Source: an uncultured delta proteobacterium (GTDB lineage: Bacteria; Desulfobacterota; Binatia; JACPRU01). Taken from it: a DNA stretch of 64,000 nucleotides. A model generated the notes under the pieces. That model did not search any database. It worked only from the letters and a program-made list of their open reading frames with translations, and had not been told where the DNA came from. Positions 1 through 10,088 of this stretch are shown piece after piece. Made by a program: the position numbers and the translations under genes. Position 1 is the first letter of the stretch; each line of letters starts with the position of its first letter. The stretch covers positions 160,001 through 224,000 of the forward strand of contig CAVUWD010000005.1 in NCBI GenBank assembly GCA_963745025.1. The letters are read 5' to 3'.

Positions 1-882
<882 letters not shown>

Positions 883-890
883 GCGCAGCG

Positions 891-1313
891 CTAGCCCTGC
901 GACCGGAGCTCGTGGCGCAGCCGCTTGACTTCGGCCTCGAGCTCCGCCGTACGCGTGGCACGCTCGACGATCAACCGGAGCTCGTCGACGTCGAAGGGCT
1001 TCTGGAGGTAGTCGAAGGCGCCGAGCTTCATCGCCGCGACTGCCGTCTTGACGGTCTTGGTGGCGGTCAGAATCACGACCGGGAGCCCCGGATCGCTGGC
1101 GCGGACGCGTTCGAGAAGCTCCATGCCGTCCATCCCCGGCATGATGATGTCGAGCAGCACCAGATGCGGCCGCTCGCGCTGGATCGCGTCGAGCGCTGCG
1201 TCCCCCGAAGCCACCGTGATCACGTCGTAGTCCCCGCTGAGCAGGATGCGAATCGATTCACGAACTCCGAGCTCGTCGTCGACGGCCAAGACCCGCTTGC
1301 GACTATCGGCCAT
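891..1313 (-). CDS. Response regulator receiver domain (N-terminal part of the NtrC-like regulator)
   Basis: VLAVDDE, LVLLDIIMPGMDG, VVILTA and GAFDYLQKPF motifs, followed by the linker helix typical of NtrC-family proteins. Confidence 0.9.
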   Translation of the reverse strand: MADSRKRVLAVDDELGVRESIRILLSGDYDVITVASGDAALDAIQRERPHLVLLDIIMPGMDGMELLERVRASDPGLPVVILTATKTVKTAVAAMKLGAFDYLQKPFDVDELRLIVERATRTAELEAEVKRLRHELRSQG

Positions 1314-2694
1314 CCGTCCCTCGCTCTGTGTTCGGCAAACTCACACGAACCTGCAGCTCGCCCTGATCGCGCACGATGCGACTCGAGCCTCCGTTCCGTC
1401 GAATCAGTGCGTCCGCCATCATGAGATCGAGCGACCAGGGGGCGCTCGCGTTGATTTCGTGGTCGAGAGCGCTCTGGAGCTTCTGTTGCATACCGCCACC
1501 TGCGCTCGAGTGGAACACCAGCTCGCCCTCCGGGGACAGATCGACCAGGATGAAGGCATCCATCGGGATCTCTCGGCAGAGACCGCGGACGAGCGATTTC
1601 AGCGCAAAGGTGAGCTGATCCTCGTCGACGCGGACCATCTGCTTCGGCGAGAGCCCGTTGGTCTTCACGCGCTCGCGGACCCGGCCTTCGTTGGCGTCGA
1701 TTGCGCGGGCGAGCGTCTGGGTCAACGACAGCGTCTGGAGGCGGGGCTCCGCGTAGCGCGAGAAACGCAGCAGCTCCTCGAGAAAGCCATCCATCCGGTC
1801 GATTGCCTCGCGCGTCAATCCGACGAACTTCTCCCGCAGGCCCGGATCGTTCAACAACTGCTCGAGGTTCTCGGCGAAGGTCTTGATCGTGACCATCGGA
1901 TTTTTCAGCTCGTGTGCGAGCTCGGCGATCACCATTTCGAGCTCGTGAATCGCCGGGCCGCCCGGTTTCGCCGGCTTGGAGGCAGACGCGGCCGCGGCGC
2001 GAGGCGGTTCCACCGCGGTTGGCCGCGATGCGGCCGCGCTTCGTGCGAAGCGCGCCACCTCGAAATCGGCGATGCGCGCGCCTTCGGCCGCGATCAGGCC
2101 CCGGGTGATCACCGCGGCGAGCTCGTCGAGGTTGCCCGGCCAGTCGCGCTCGCACAGTGCACGCACCGCGGCATCGTCGATCGTCGGCTCGGGCAGCCGC
2201 AGCTCTTCGGAAATGTGTTCGGCGAGAACCAGAGCGATCGCCGGAATCTCGCTCTGGCGGACGGACAGGGGTGGCAAGGAAATCGTCAGCGAAGACAGCC
2301 TGTGGCGCAGTGCAGGAAGGAGGTCGCTCGGGCGGAATCCTTCGTCGGACTGCGCCAACAGACGGATCGGGACGACGCGGGTCGCCCAGCGGATTCCCTC
2401 GTCGCTCCATCGCAGAATCCGTTCTTGCACGGCGGGCGGCTGCCGCTCGATCCGCTCGACGTAGAGACTCATGGCCTCGATCGACGGATCCGACTCGAGA
2501 GCGCTGCGGATGCGCTCCTCGAGGTCGCCGGAACCGCTGACCAGTTGGCGTACCGATACGAAGCCCACGGGATCGCCGTTTTCGTGGAGCGCGCGTGAAA
2601 CCTCGTACGCCCCGGCGCCGGGTCCGCCGATCAGCCAAACCGGATGTCGCCATCGGAGCGCGCGTAAGACCGGTGACACCGCCGCGGAAACCAA
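1303..2694 (-). CDS. Hybrid protein: degenerate sigma54-interaction AAA+ domain + HisKA + degenerate HATPase-like domain
   Basis: PVWLIGGPGAGAYEVSRALH and DWPGNLDELAAVITR resemble bEBP AAA+ motifs; LAHELKNPMVTIKTF is an H-box. Overlaps the start of the receiver gene. Start uncertain. Confidence 0.75.
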   Translation of the reverse strand: MVSAAVSPVLRALRWRHPVWLIGGPGAGAYEVSRALHENGDPVGFVSVRQLVSGSGDLEERIRSALESDPSIEAMSLYVERIERQPPAVQERILRWSDEGIRWATRVVPIRLLAQSDEGFRPSDLLPALRHRLSSLTISLPPLSVRQSEIPAIALVLAEHISEELRLPEPTIDDAAVRALCERDWPGNLDELAAVITRGLIAAEGARIADFEVARFARSAAASRPTAVEPPRAAAASASKPAKPGGPAIHELEMVIAELAHELKNPMVTIKTFAENLEQLLNDPGLREKFVGLTREAIDRMDGFLEELLRFSRYAEPRLQTLSLTQTLARAIDANEGRVRERVKTNGLSPKQMVRVDEDQLTFALKSLVRGLCREIPMDAFILVDLSPEGELVFHSSAGGGMQQKLQSALDHEINASAPWSLDLMMADALIRRNGGSSRIVRDQGELQVRVSLPNTERGTDGR

Positions 2695-2923
2695 GAAGGG
2701 AGCCCGGAGGGCGTAGGGCAGAGACCCCGTCTCACCAGCAGTGCGACGATTCGAATGCAGCGAAGACTCCTCAACCCCCGAGTCGCCGACCCGCGAGACT
2801 GTTCACTCAGTCGCTCCGGACCGCCGACCCCTGTTGATGATTCTTACAGTTATTCCGTCGATTATCGCGACCGGTCACGCCGACGGCGCCCTCGCCGACT
2901 GTCCCCACCCTTGCTCTTCTTAC

Positions 2924-2953
2924 AGAGTAAAAGGCCGCTCACCGCCGTGTCAA
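2924..2953 (-). promoter_or_regulatory. Putative sigma70 promoter for the hybrid kinase/regulator operon
   Basis: Minus strand reads TTGACA-N18-TACTCT. TTCTTACAG direct repeats lie at 2841-2849 and 2917-2925. Confidence 0.45.
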
Positions 2954-3042
2954 GAAAACCTTTGTGAATTCGCCTGAGTGCTTCAATTCGACAATACGAT
3001 GACAACGGCAATGCCAGCGTATTCCGAAATGAAACTCACCGC

Positions 3043-3405
3043 TCAGCGGCCGCTCGGCACGAGATTGGGGTAGCGACGAACCCGGCGCGCCGCCCAGCCG
3101 CCGATCAGGCACACGGAGCCAAGGAGCACCATGAACCGGCCTCCGCTCAATACAACCTGATAGAACTCGAGCTTGGCGCGCGCGACGTCTCGCTCTTGGC
3201 GCTCCTCATCCGGCGGCTCGAGCAGGTCGGCCTTTAGGTTCTGATTCCGCAGCTTCGGGCCGGGATGAAGCCGCAGATACTCCACGTAGGGACGGGTTCG
3301 CACCGCACCCGTCGCCCAATTGCCGACGCCGAACAGAATCAGTAGCACGCCGGCGACGAGCAGCATGCTCTTGTGGGCAGGGAGACGCCGAACGGCGGCC
3401 GGCAT
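3043..3405 (-). CDS. Hypothetical membrane protein (two hydrophobic segments)
   Basis: MLLVAGVLLILFGVGNW and FMVLLGSVCLIGGW segments. ATG at 3405 chosen within ORF 3043-3570. Confidence 0.6.
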   Translation of the reverse strand: MPAAVRRLPAHKSMLLVAGVLLILFGVGNWATGAVRTRPYVEYLRLHPGPKLRNQNLKADLLEPPDEERQERDVARAKLEFYQVVLSGGRFMVLLGSVCLIGGWAARRVRRYPNLVPSGR

Positions 3406-3661
3406 GACGTCGTGCAGTGTACGGATTTCTGGCTCCGGTGCCAAGGGAGACGGTTTGTCGGGAATGGTCCTTTTGGCAGTCGACACCGCTCTGAGCCAGC
3501 AGGGCGCTGTGGCGAGCAAACAATTTCGATGATACCGCCACGGCCCCTTCACCATCTGCTCAGATTCCAAAATTGCCCGCTACCGAATTGTGACGCTGCA
3601 TCGCGTAGGCTATACGAGGAGTTTCCCGGGACGTGCAGACGAACCGTGGAGAGACCCAAGC

Positions 3662-4336
3662 ATGAAGAGAGGCACCTGGCATGCTCTCGGATTCGTATCG
3701 TATCGAAGCGGTCTGGCGATCCAAGACCGCGTCGCCGATGAGCGGGTGCGCAACCTCCGGCCCGATACGCTGCTTCTCCTCGAGCACCCGCCGACGATCA
3801 CGCTCGGCCGCCGCGCGTCCGATGCAGACGTCTTGTGGAATCCCGAACGTCTCGAACGTTCGGGCATCTCCCTCGAACGAGTGGGCCGAGGTGGAGGAGC
3901 GACGGTTCACGTTCCCGGACAGCTCGTCGGCTATCCGATCGTGCGGCTCCCGCACGGCGGCCGCGCGGTGCGTGCGTTCGTGGCCGGACTCGAGGCATTG
4001 CTGCTCGACGTGGCCCGGAGCTTCGGTGTGCGTGCCGGCCGTCGTCCGGGGCACCCCGGCGTCTGGGTCGGCGAACGGAAGCTCGCATCGATCGGCATCG
4101 AAGTCCGCCGTGGGATCAGTCGGCACGGTTTTGCCCTGAACGTCGACGTGGAGCTGACGCCATTTCGAGCGATCGTGGCGTGCGGGATCCCCGGCCTCGA
4201 GATGACCGATCTCTCTCGCGAGGTGGGAGCGCGGATCCGCATTGCGGAAGCGACCGATGTCGTGGCGCGCGCATGGCGGGCGCGGTTCGGGGCGATGGAA
4301 GGGGAGACCTGGAATGAGCTCGAAGCTGCTCGTTGA
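3662..4336 (+). CDS. lipB: Lipoyl(octanoyl) transferase LipB
   Basis: LLLLEHPPTITLGR, RGGGATVHVPGQLVGYPI, RKLASIGI, HGFALNV and IVACG motifs. Confidence 0.92.
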   Translation: MKRGTWHALGFVSYRSGLAIQDRVADERVRNLRPDTLLLLEHPPTITLGRRASDADVLWNPERLERSGISLERVGRGGGATVHVPGQLVGYPIVRLPHGGRAVRAFVAGLEALLLDVARSFGVRAGRRPGHPGVWVGERKLASIGIEVRRGISRHGFALNVDVELTPFRAIVACGIPGLEMTDLSREVGARIRIAEATDVVARAWRARFGAMEGETWNELEAAR

Positions 4337-5084
4337 GACCCGCGATCGGGTGCGGTGGCTCACGGTGAACCGCGCGGAGCGGCGCAATGCTCTGGACCGC
4401 GAGACCATGACGCTCTTGAAGGAAGCCGTCGTCCGGGGCGGCCACGATCCCGAGGTTCGGGTGATCGTGATCAGCGGCGCGGGTGGCGCGTTCTCGGCAG
4501 GCGCCGATCTCAAGGCCAACGCCGAGGTCCACGGTCAGGAGGACCTGATCGAGAGCTACTACAACCCCGTGATCCGAGCCATCCGCCATGCGAAGAAGCC
4601 GGTGATCGCCGCCGTCGATGGCGTTGCGGCAGGCTACGGCTGCTCTCTGGCGCTCGCCTGCGACATCCGTCTCGCTTCCGAGCGTGTTCGGATGTCGTTG
4701 ATCTTCGTCAAGGTCGGCCTCGGCCTCGACGGCGGTGCGAGCTACTTCCTGCCGCGTCTCGTCGGGCTCCGCGCGTACGAACTCGGCCTGACGGGCGACA
4801 TGGTCGAGGCCGAGGAGGCGCAGCGCATCGGATTGGTGAACCGGGTCTATCCGGTCGAAGGTTTCGCGGAGCGCGTTCAGAGCTATGCGCTGAAGCTCGC
4901 GGCGCAGGCCCCGATCGCGATGGGCAAGATCAAAGAATCGATCGATCGAGCGCTCGACGCCGGGCTCGACGAGGTGCTTGAGAACGAGCGTTTCCACCAG
5001 CAAGACATCTTCCGCACGGAAGACTTCAACGAAGGTGTTGCGGCGTTCCTCGAGAAGCGCGCTGCGACCTACAGGGGCCGCTGA
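4314..5084 (+). CDS. Enoyl-CoA hydratase/isomerase family protein
   Basis: FSAGADL, KPVIAAVDGVAAGYG and LALACDIR crotonase motifs; C-terminal EGVAAFLEKR. Confidence 0.92.
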   Translation: MSSKLLVETRDRVRWLTVNRAERRNALDRETMTLLKEAVVRGGHDPEVRVIVISGAGGAFSAGADLKANAEVHGQEDLIESYYNPVIRAIRHAKKPVIAAVDGVAAGYGCSLALACDIRLASERVRMSLIFVKVGLGLDGGASYFLPRLVGLRAYELGLTGDMVEAEEAQRIGLVNRVYPVEGFAERVQSYALKLAAQAPIAMGKIKESIDRALDAGLDEVLENERFHQQDIFRTEDFNEGVAAFLEKRAATYRGR

Positions 5085-6076
5085 TGGAGCGCGCCCCGAA
5101 TTCGATCGACGCGCTGACCGAGCGCATGCTCGGCGGCGATCGTGTCGCGCTCGCACGACTCATCACCATCGTCGAGAACCGCGATCCCGAGACCCGCCGC
5201 GTCATGAGCGCGGTCTACGAGCGCGCGGGCAACGCGTACATCATCGGCATCACCGGTCCGCCCGGTGCCGGCAAGTCGACGCTCGTGGATCGACTGATCG
5301 TCCATTTGAGGAAGGCGGGCGCTTCGGTCGGCGTGGTTGCGGTGGATCCGTCGAGCCCGTTCACTGGCGGAGCGGTGCTCGGGGATCGCATCCGCATGCA
5401 GACTCACTTTCTCGACGAGGGCGTGTTCATCCGCAGTCTGTCTACGCGCGGGCGGCACGGCGGGCTCGCCCGCGCCACGCGCGACGTCGTTCGGCTCCTC
5501 GACGCCTCCGGGAAGCACTTCGTGCTCGTCGAGACCGTCGGGGTGGGCCAGACCGAGCTCGACGTCATGGAGCTCGCCGAGACGACGCTCGTCGTACTGG
5601 TTCCGGAGGCCGGAGACACCGTGCAGGTCATGAAGGCCGGCTTGCTCGAGATCGCCGACATCTTCGTCGTCAACAAGGCGGATCGCGAGGGGGCGGATCG
5701 CATGATCGGCGAGCTCGAGCGAATGCTCCACATGTTGCCGAGCCAGTCGAGCTGGCAAGTTCCCGTGCTCGCCACGCAAGCGAGCAACGACGTCGGCATC
5801 GCCGAGCTCGTGGACGCGATCCGCAACCACCGCGACCATTGCCGCGCTCGAGTCGAGCCAGCGCTGCTGCGCAAGGCTCGACGGCGTGAGGTCTACGATA
5901 TCGTTGAGGAAGAGCTCGCAGCGCGGTTGCGCCGCGGTATGGACGAGAGCACGTTTGAGGATATCTTGGCTCGGGTCGACCGAGGGGAGTCGGATCCCTA
6001 CGGGGCAGCGGGAGAGATCCTGGAGGATCGCATGAGACTTGCGACCGTTCTCGGGTCCAATCGCGGCGATCGCTGA
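5084..6076 (+). CDS. meaB: Methylmalonyl-CoA mutase-associated GTPase MeaB/ArgK
   Basis: GITGPPGAGKST, AVDPSSPFTGGAVLGDRIRM, ETVGVGQ and NKAD motifs. Confidence 0.93.
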   Translation: MERAPNSIDALTERMLGGDRVALARLITIVENRDPETRRVMSAVYERAGNAYIIGITGPPGAGKSTLVDRLIVHLRKAGASVGVVAVDPSSPFTGGAVLGDRIRMQTHFLDEGVFIRSLSTRGRHGGLARATRDVVRLLDASGKHFVLVETVGVGQTELDVMELAETTLVVLVPEAGDTVQVMKAGLLEIADIFVVNKADREGADRMIGELERMLHMLPSQSSWQVPVLATQASNDVGIAELVDAIRNHRDHCRARVEPALLRKARRREVYDIVEEELAARLRRGMDESTFEDILARVDRGESDPYGAAGEILEDRMRLATVLGSNRGDR

Positions 6077-6092
6077 TCGAGGCGGACGCTCG

Positions 6093-6851
6093 ATGCAGGG
6101 CTCTGGCGATCGTTCTGAGAAGGCTACGGGTCGGCTGCTCGCCGTGGGCGACATTCACGGCTGTCTCGACGAGTTGAGCGTGCTCCTCGACGCAATCCAG
6201 CCCACGTCGGCCGACAAGATCGTCTTCCTCGGCGACTACGTCGACCGCGGTCCGAGCCCACGCGGGGTCATCGATCTGCTCATCGCGCTGCGCGACTCCA
6301 GGCGCTGCCAGACCGTGTTCCTGCGCGGCAACCACGAGGACATGTTCCTCGACTTCATCGGCGAACGCGGCCGTCACGGCGAGGCGTTTCTCTTCAACGG
6401 CGGGCGGATCACGCTGGCGAGCTATGGGCTGCCGACGGTCCTGGCGGGAGACGAGGTTCGCGTGCAACTCCCCGAGCCTCACTTGGAGTTTCTTCGGGGC
6501 CTCGAGCTCCGTCATCTCGATGAGCCGTTTCTGTTCGTCCATGCCGGCGTCTCGCCGATCCGGCCGTTCGCCGAGCAGAACGAAGAGGATCTGCTCTGGA
6601 TTCGCGACGAGTTCATCCGCAACCGCCATCCCTTCTCACAGACCATCGTCTTCGGACACACGCCACAGCGGGAGGTGCTGTGGCATCTTCCGTTCAAGAT
6701 CGGTCTCGACACCGGCTGCGTGTACGGAAACAAACTCTCGTGTCTCGATTTCACTTCGGGAACACTCTTGCAGGTCGAGCGAGACTCTCACCGCGTGAAC
6801 CGCAGTGACGTGTCCACGGCGGTGGCGAGCTTGAAGGTGATCCACACGTAG
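6093..6851 (+). CDS. Metallophosphoesterase (PPP/PrpA-like Ser/Thr phosphatase family)
   Basis: GDIHG, GDYVDRG, RGNHE, HAG, FGHTP and DTG motifs. Confidence 0.9.
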   Translation: MQGSGDRSEKATGRLLAVGDIHGCLDELSVLLDAIQPTSADKIVFLGDYVDRGPSPRGVIDLLIALRDSRRCQTVFLRGNHEDMFLDFIGERGRHGEAFLFNGGRITLASYGLPTVLAGDEVRVQLPEPHLEFLRGLELRHLDEPFLFVHAGVSPIRPFAEQNEEDLLWIRDEFIRNRHPFSQTIVFGHTPQREVLWHLPFKIGLDTGCVYGNKLSCLDFTSGTLLQVERDSHRVNRSDVSTAVASLKVIHT

Positions 6852-6910
6852 ACGAGGATCTCGGTGTCGCGGAGTTCGGGATCGATTTCCCGTTTGTGGA
6901 GCCGTGATGA

Positions 6911-6975
6911 GGCTACGGGCTTCGGGCTACAGCAAAGACATCGCGGAGTCTTTCCCCGTAGCCTGTAGCCCGTAG
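6911..6975. repeat. Heptamer-armed REP-like palindrome, copy 1
   Basis: GGCTACGGGCTTCGGGCTAC..AAAGAC..GTCTTT..GTAGCCTGTAGCCCGTAG. Confidence 0.75.
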
Positions 6976-6985
6976 ACCTGATCCC

Positions 6986-7960
6986 ATGCGCGCGATGGTG
7001 GCGACGGAGTGGTGTGAGCCGGCGGATATGAGGCTCGCGGAGGTTCCGATTCCGGAGCCAAAGGCCGGCCAGGTTGCCATCGACGTCCGCGCCATCGGTT
7101 GCAACTTCTTCGACATGCTCATGGTGCAGGGGAAGTACCAGGTGCGACCTCCGCTGCCGTTTTCGCCCGGTGGCGAGGTCTCGGGCACGGTTCGCTCCAT
7201 GGGCGCGGGCGTGACGAACGTGAGGCCCGGCGATCGCGTGTCCGCGATGCTCGGCTGGGGAGGCTATGCGGAGGTCGCTGTCGCTGCCGCGGACAGCGTG
7301 GTGAAGATGCCTCCCTCGATGTCGTTCGAGCATGGCGCCGCGTTCGGCATCGTCTACCAGACGTCGTACGTCGCGCTCGTTCATCGCGCCGACCTGCGAG
7401 CGGGCGAGACGTTGCTCGTGCATGCGGCGGCCGGTGGCGTGGGGCTCGCCGCGGTTCAAATCGGCCGCGCGCTCGGCGCGCGCGTGCTGGCGACCGCCGG
7501 CTCGGCGCAGAAGCTCGCCATCGCGCGTGAGCACGGCGCCGGGGAGGCCTTCGACTATTCGACGCCGGACTGGGTGGATCGCGTCAAGGAGGCGACCGGT
7601 GGGAGGGGCGCGGACGTGATTTACGATCCCGTGGGCGGTGACGTCTTCGAGCGATCGATGAAATGCATCGCCTTCGGCGGTCGGCTTCTGGTGATCGGCT
7701 TTGCGTCGGGGATAATCCCGTCGATCCAGGCGAACCGCATCCTTCTCAAGAACATCTCCATCGTCGGACTTCACTGGGGAGCGTACCGCACTCACGACCC
7801 CGCAAAGATCGGCGAAACGATGATCGCGCTGTTTGCGCTGTACGAGCGAGGCGCCATCCGCCCGGTGGTGTCGTCGATTCGCCCGCTGGCCGAGGCCGCT
7901 GCCGCTCTCGAGGAGATCGCCTCGCGGAAGAGCGTTGGCAAGGTGCTCCTCGTGCCCTAG
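6986..7960 (+). CDS. NADPH:quinone oxidoreductase (zeta-crystallin/MDR family)
   Basis: GKYQVRPPLPFSPGGE, LVHAAAGGVG, GGRLLVIGFASG and terminal GKVLL motifs. Confidence 0.92.
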   Translation: MRAMVATEWCEPADMRLAEVPIPEPKAGQVAIDVRAIGCNFFDMLMVQGKYQVRPPLPFSPGGEVSGTVRSMGAGVTNVRPGDRVSAMLGWGGYAEVAVAAADSVVKMPPSMSFEHGAAFGIVYQTSYVALVHRADLRAGETLLVHAAAGGVGLAAVQIGRALGARVLATAGSAQKLAIAREHGAGEAFDYSTPDWVDRVKEATGGRGADVIYDPVGGDVFERSMKCIAFGGRLLVIGFASGIIPSIQANRILLKNISIVGLHWGAYRTHDPAKIGETMIALFALYERGAIRPVVSSIRPLAEAAAALEEIASRKSVGKVLLVP

Positions 7961-7965
7961 CGACC

Positions 7966-9639
7966 CTAGTCGGCTGAGATTTGGACCGGCACGAGCACCT
8001 GGAACAGGGATCCTGCTTCCGGACGGCTTTCGACCTGGATCACGCCGCCGAGCGTGTCCGTCAAGCGGCGAGCCAGCGCGAGTCCGATGCCGAGCCCACC
8101 GTATGGACGATCGAGCCCGCTGACCCCTTGGCGGAAATCCTGAAAGATCTTTCCGATCTCCCCGTCATCGATGCCGATGCCGGTATCCTCGACCGACAAG
8201 GACAGGAGTCGTTCCCAGGGCTGCAATCTCTTCGGCAACGCGGCCGACGCGCCATTTGCGCTCTTCACCAGCGCCGCCGTGATGCGCACCGAGCCGCGCG
8301 GCGTGAACTTGATCGCATTCAAGACGATGCTGTCGACGACGCGCTCGAGCTTGTCGCCGTCGGTGTAGACCTCGGCGGCGTCAGGGGCGATCTCCAGACC
8401 GAACTCGATCGGACCTTGCTTCGGTAGATGCTCGGCCTGCTCGACGACACGGTGAAGCATGGTCGCCAGGTCGACGCGGGCGACCCGCTTACGGTCGCGT
8501 CCGAGCGTCGCCTGGGAGAGCGCCAGCAGGCTCTCGACGTGCTTCGTCATTCCGCGGGCGTTGCGGGAAATTCGCTCGATCGAGTCGATGAGGTCCGCAT
8601 CCCCGATGCGCTCGGCGTCTGTCGCGGCGATTTCCGAGAAACCGACGATCGCATTGAGCGGCGTACGCAACTCGTGAGAGAGATTCGCGAGGAATTCCGA
8701 CTTCGCGCGCTCAATCTCCACCAGGCTCTCGTACTGCCGTGCGTTTTTCAGCGCGGGAGCGGCTGCATTGGCGATGACCTGACAGAGCTCGATCTCCTCG
8801 GCATCGAATGCGCTTCCCGGCCGCCGGGCGCCGACCAGAAGCACGCCGAGCGGCTCGAGGTCGTAGTAGATGGGCAGGGCGAGCACCGAGGTCGACGAAT
8901 CGCCCGTCGCCAACTCCGGCCGCCAGATGGGCTTTCGCTTCTCGAGCGCCTCGGCGGCTGCCGCGGAGATCGTCTGCGAAACGTCGGCCGAGACGAGCTC
9001 GATCGAGCAGCGCTCGGTGCCGAGGGTTGCCTTGATGGTGTTGGCAGCCCGCTCGAGAACCTGCTGGCTCACCAGGAAAGACGAAAACGAGCGCGTGACC
9101 TGCAGCAGGCAGTCCAGGCTGCGAATTCGCTCGTCTGCCTGCAAGCGCTTCGCGTGCTCGCTACGCACGCGTTCCATCATGTAGCCGTAGAAGACGGTGG
9201 TGATGAACAGAAACGGCAAACGGATCAGCAGCGACGGGTTGTTCAGCGCGTTCCAGTTACGAAGGATCCAGAACGAATAAACACCGGTGACGAGGAACCC
9301 CGCTCCGGCGATCCGGCGCTCCGAGTCTCCGAACGTCGCCATCAGGATGCAGAGGAAGTACCCGATAAGAAGATCTTGTGAGCTGGAGTCGCTGAGCAGG
9401 ACGCCCACCAGCACGAAGATCGTGTCGAGGGTCAGGAGGACGGAACCGAAGGTCTTCGGATTGCGATAGGGAATCCTGGGTATGACGAGGTTGCTAGCGA
9501 GAAGCAGGCCGACGTAGATAAGCGCGGGCGGACGAGTGACCAGACCGCCCGAACCGACGAGGATCATGTACGCGAGCGAAACGATCAATGTCCAACGAAG
9601 GTAGACTAACGACTGTTCGACCGGTTTGTCTTGGGTCAC
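7966..9639 (-). CDS. Membrane sensor histidine kinase with GAF domain
   Basis: Several N-terminal transmembrane helices, a GAF-like segment, FLANLSHELRTPLNAI, NAIKFT, DTGIG and GGLGIGL. Confidence 0.92.
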   Translation of the reverse strand: MTQDKPVEQSLVYLRWTLIVSLAYMILVGSGGLVTRPPALIYVGLLLASNLVIPRIPYRNPKTFGSVLLTLDTIFVLVGVLLSDSSSQDLLIGYFLCILMATFGDSERRIAGAGFLVTGVYSFWILRNWNALNNPSLLIRLPFLFITTVFYGYMMERVRSEHAKRLQADERIRSLDCLLQVTRSFSSFLVSQQVLERAANTIKATLGTERCSIELVSADVSQTISAAAAEALEKRKPIWRPELATGDSSTSVLALPIYYDLEPLGVLLVGARRPGSAFDAEEIELCQVIANAAAPALKNARQYESLVEIERAKSEFLANLSHELRTPLNAIVGFSEIAATDAERIGDADLIDSIERISRNARGMTKHVESLLALSQATLGRDRKRVARVDLATMLHRVVEQAEHLPKQGPIEFGLEIAPDAAEVYTDGDKLERVVDSIVLNAIKFTPRGSVRITAALVKSANGASAALPKRLQPWERLLSLSVEDTGIGIDDGEIGKIFQDFRQGVSGLDRPYGGLGIGLALARRLTDTLGGVIQVESRPEAGSLFQVLVPVQISAD

Positions 9640-9653
9640 GAGGTGAAATCACA

Positions 9654-9668
9654 ACAAGACTCATGCCA
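9654..9668 (-). promoter_or_regulatory. Sigma54-like -24/-12 promoter
   Basis: Minus strand TGGCATG-AGTC-TTGT versus consensus TGGCACG-N4-TTGC, at the edge of an AT-rich intergenic region. Confidence 0.4.
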
Positions 9669-10088
9669 TGCATCTTAGTAGGCTAAATGCCTCATAGACA
9701 CTGATTATCTTTACGCAAATACTGTTTCCAAATAAGAATATCGCTGAACAACGTCTGTATTATCAACCAATACTCATCAGTAATATTAAGAATATCTAAA
9801 TATGCCAAATTTATGTCTATGTCAAAACATTCTCTCTTATGATCTATGTCATTTCGTGTCTGTTCGTTCATTTTGGTACGAATAGCCTCTAGCGGTAACT
9901 AGGTAGATGACCAGTGCCCAAGCTGTGGCGACAGCGTTGGCGGCAGGAATCTCCGCGGCGCGCGCCGCGCGCGAATACATCTCGGGGGACTTCATTAGCG
10001 TCGATGGGACAGAAGTTCTCCGCGAGCGCCCCTCCGACGGCGCGAAACCGCGGATCTTAGAGGCCCTGAACCATCGGCACCTCGTCCG

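Noticed and set aside
2700-2920. Riboswitch in the long leader of the hybrid kinase gene
   Set aside because: No recognisable aptamer consensus; the reading frame stays open about 110 nt upstream, so part may be coding.
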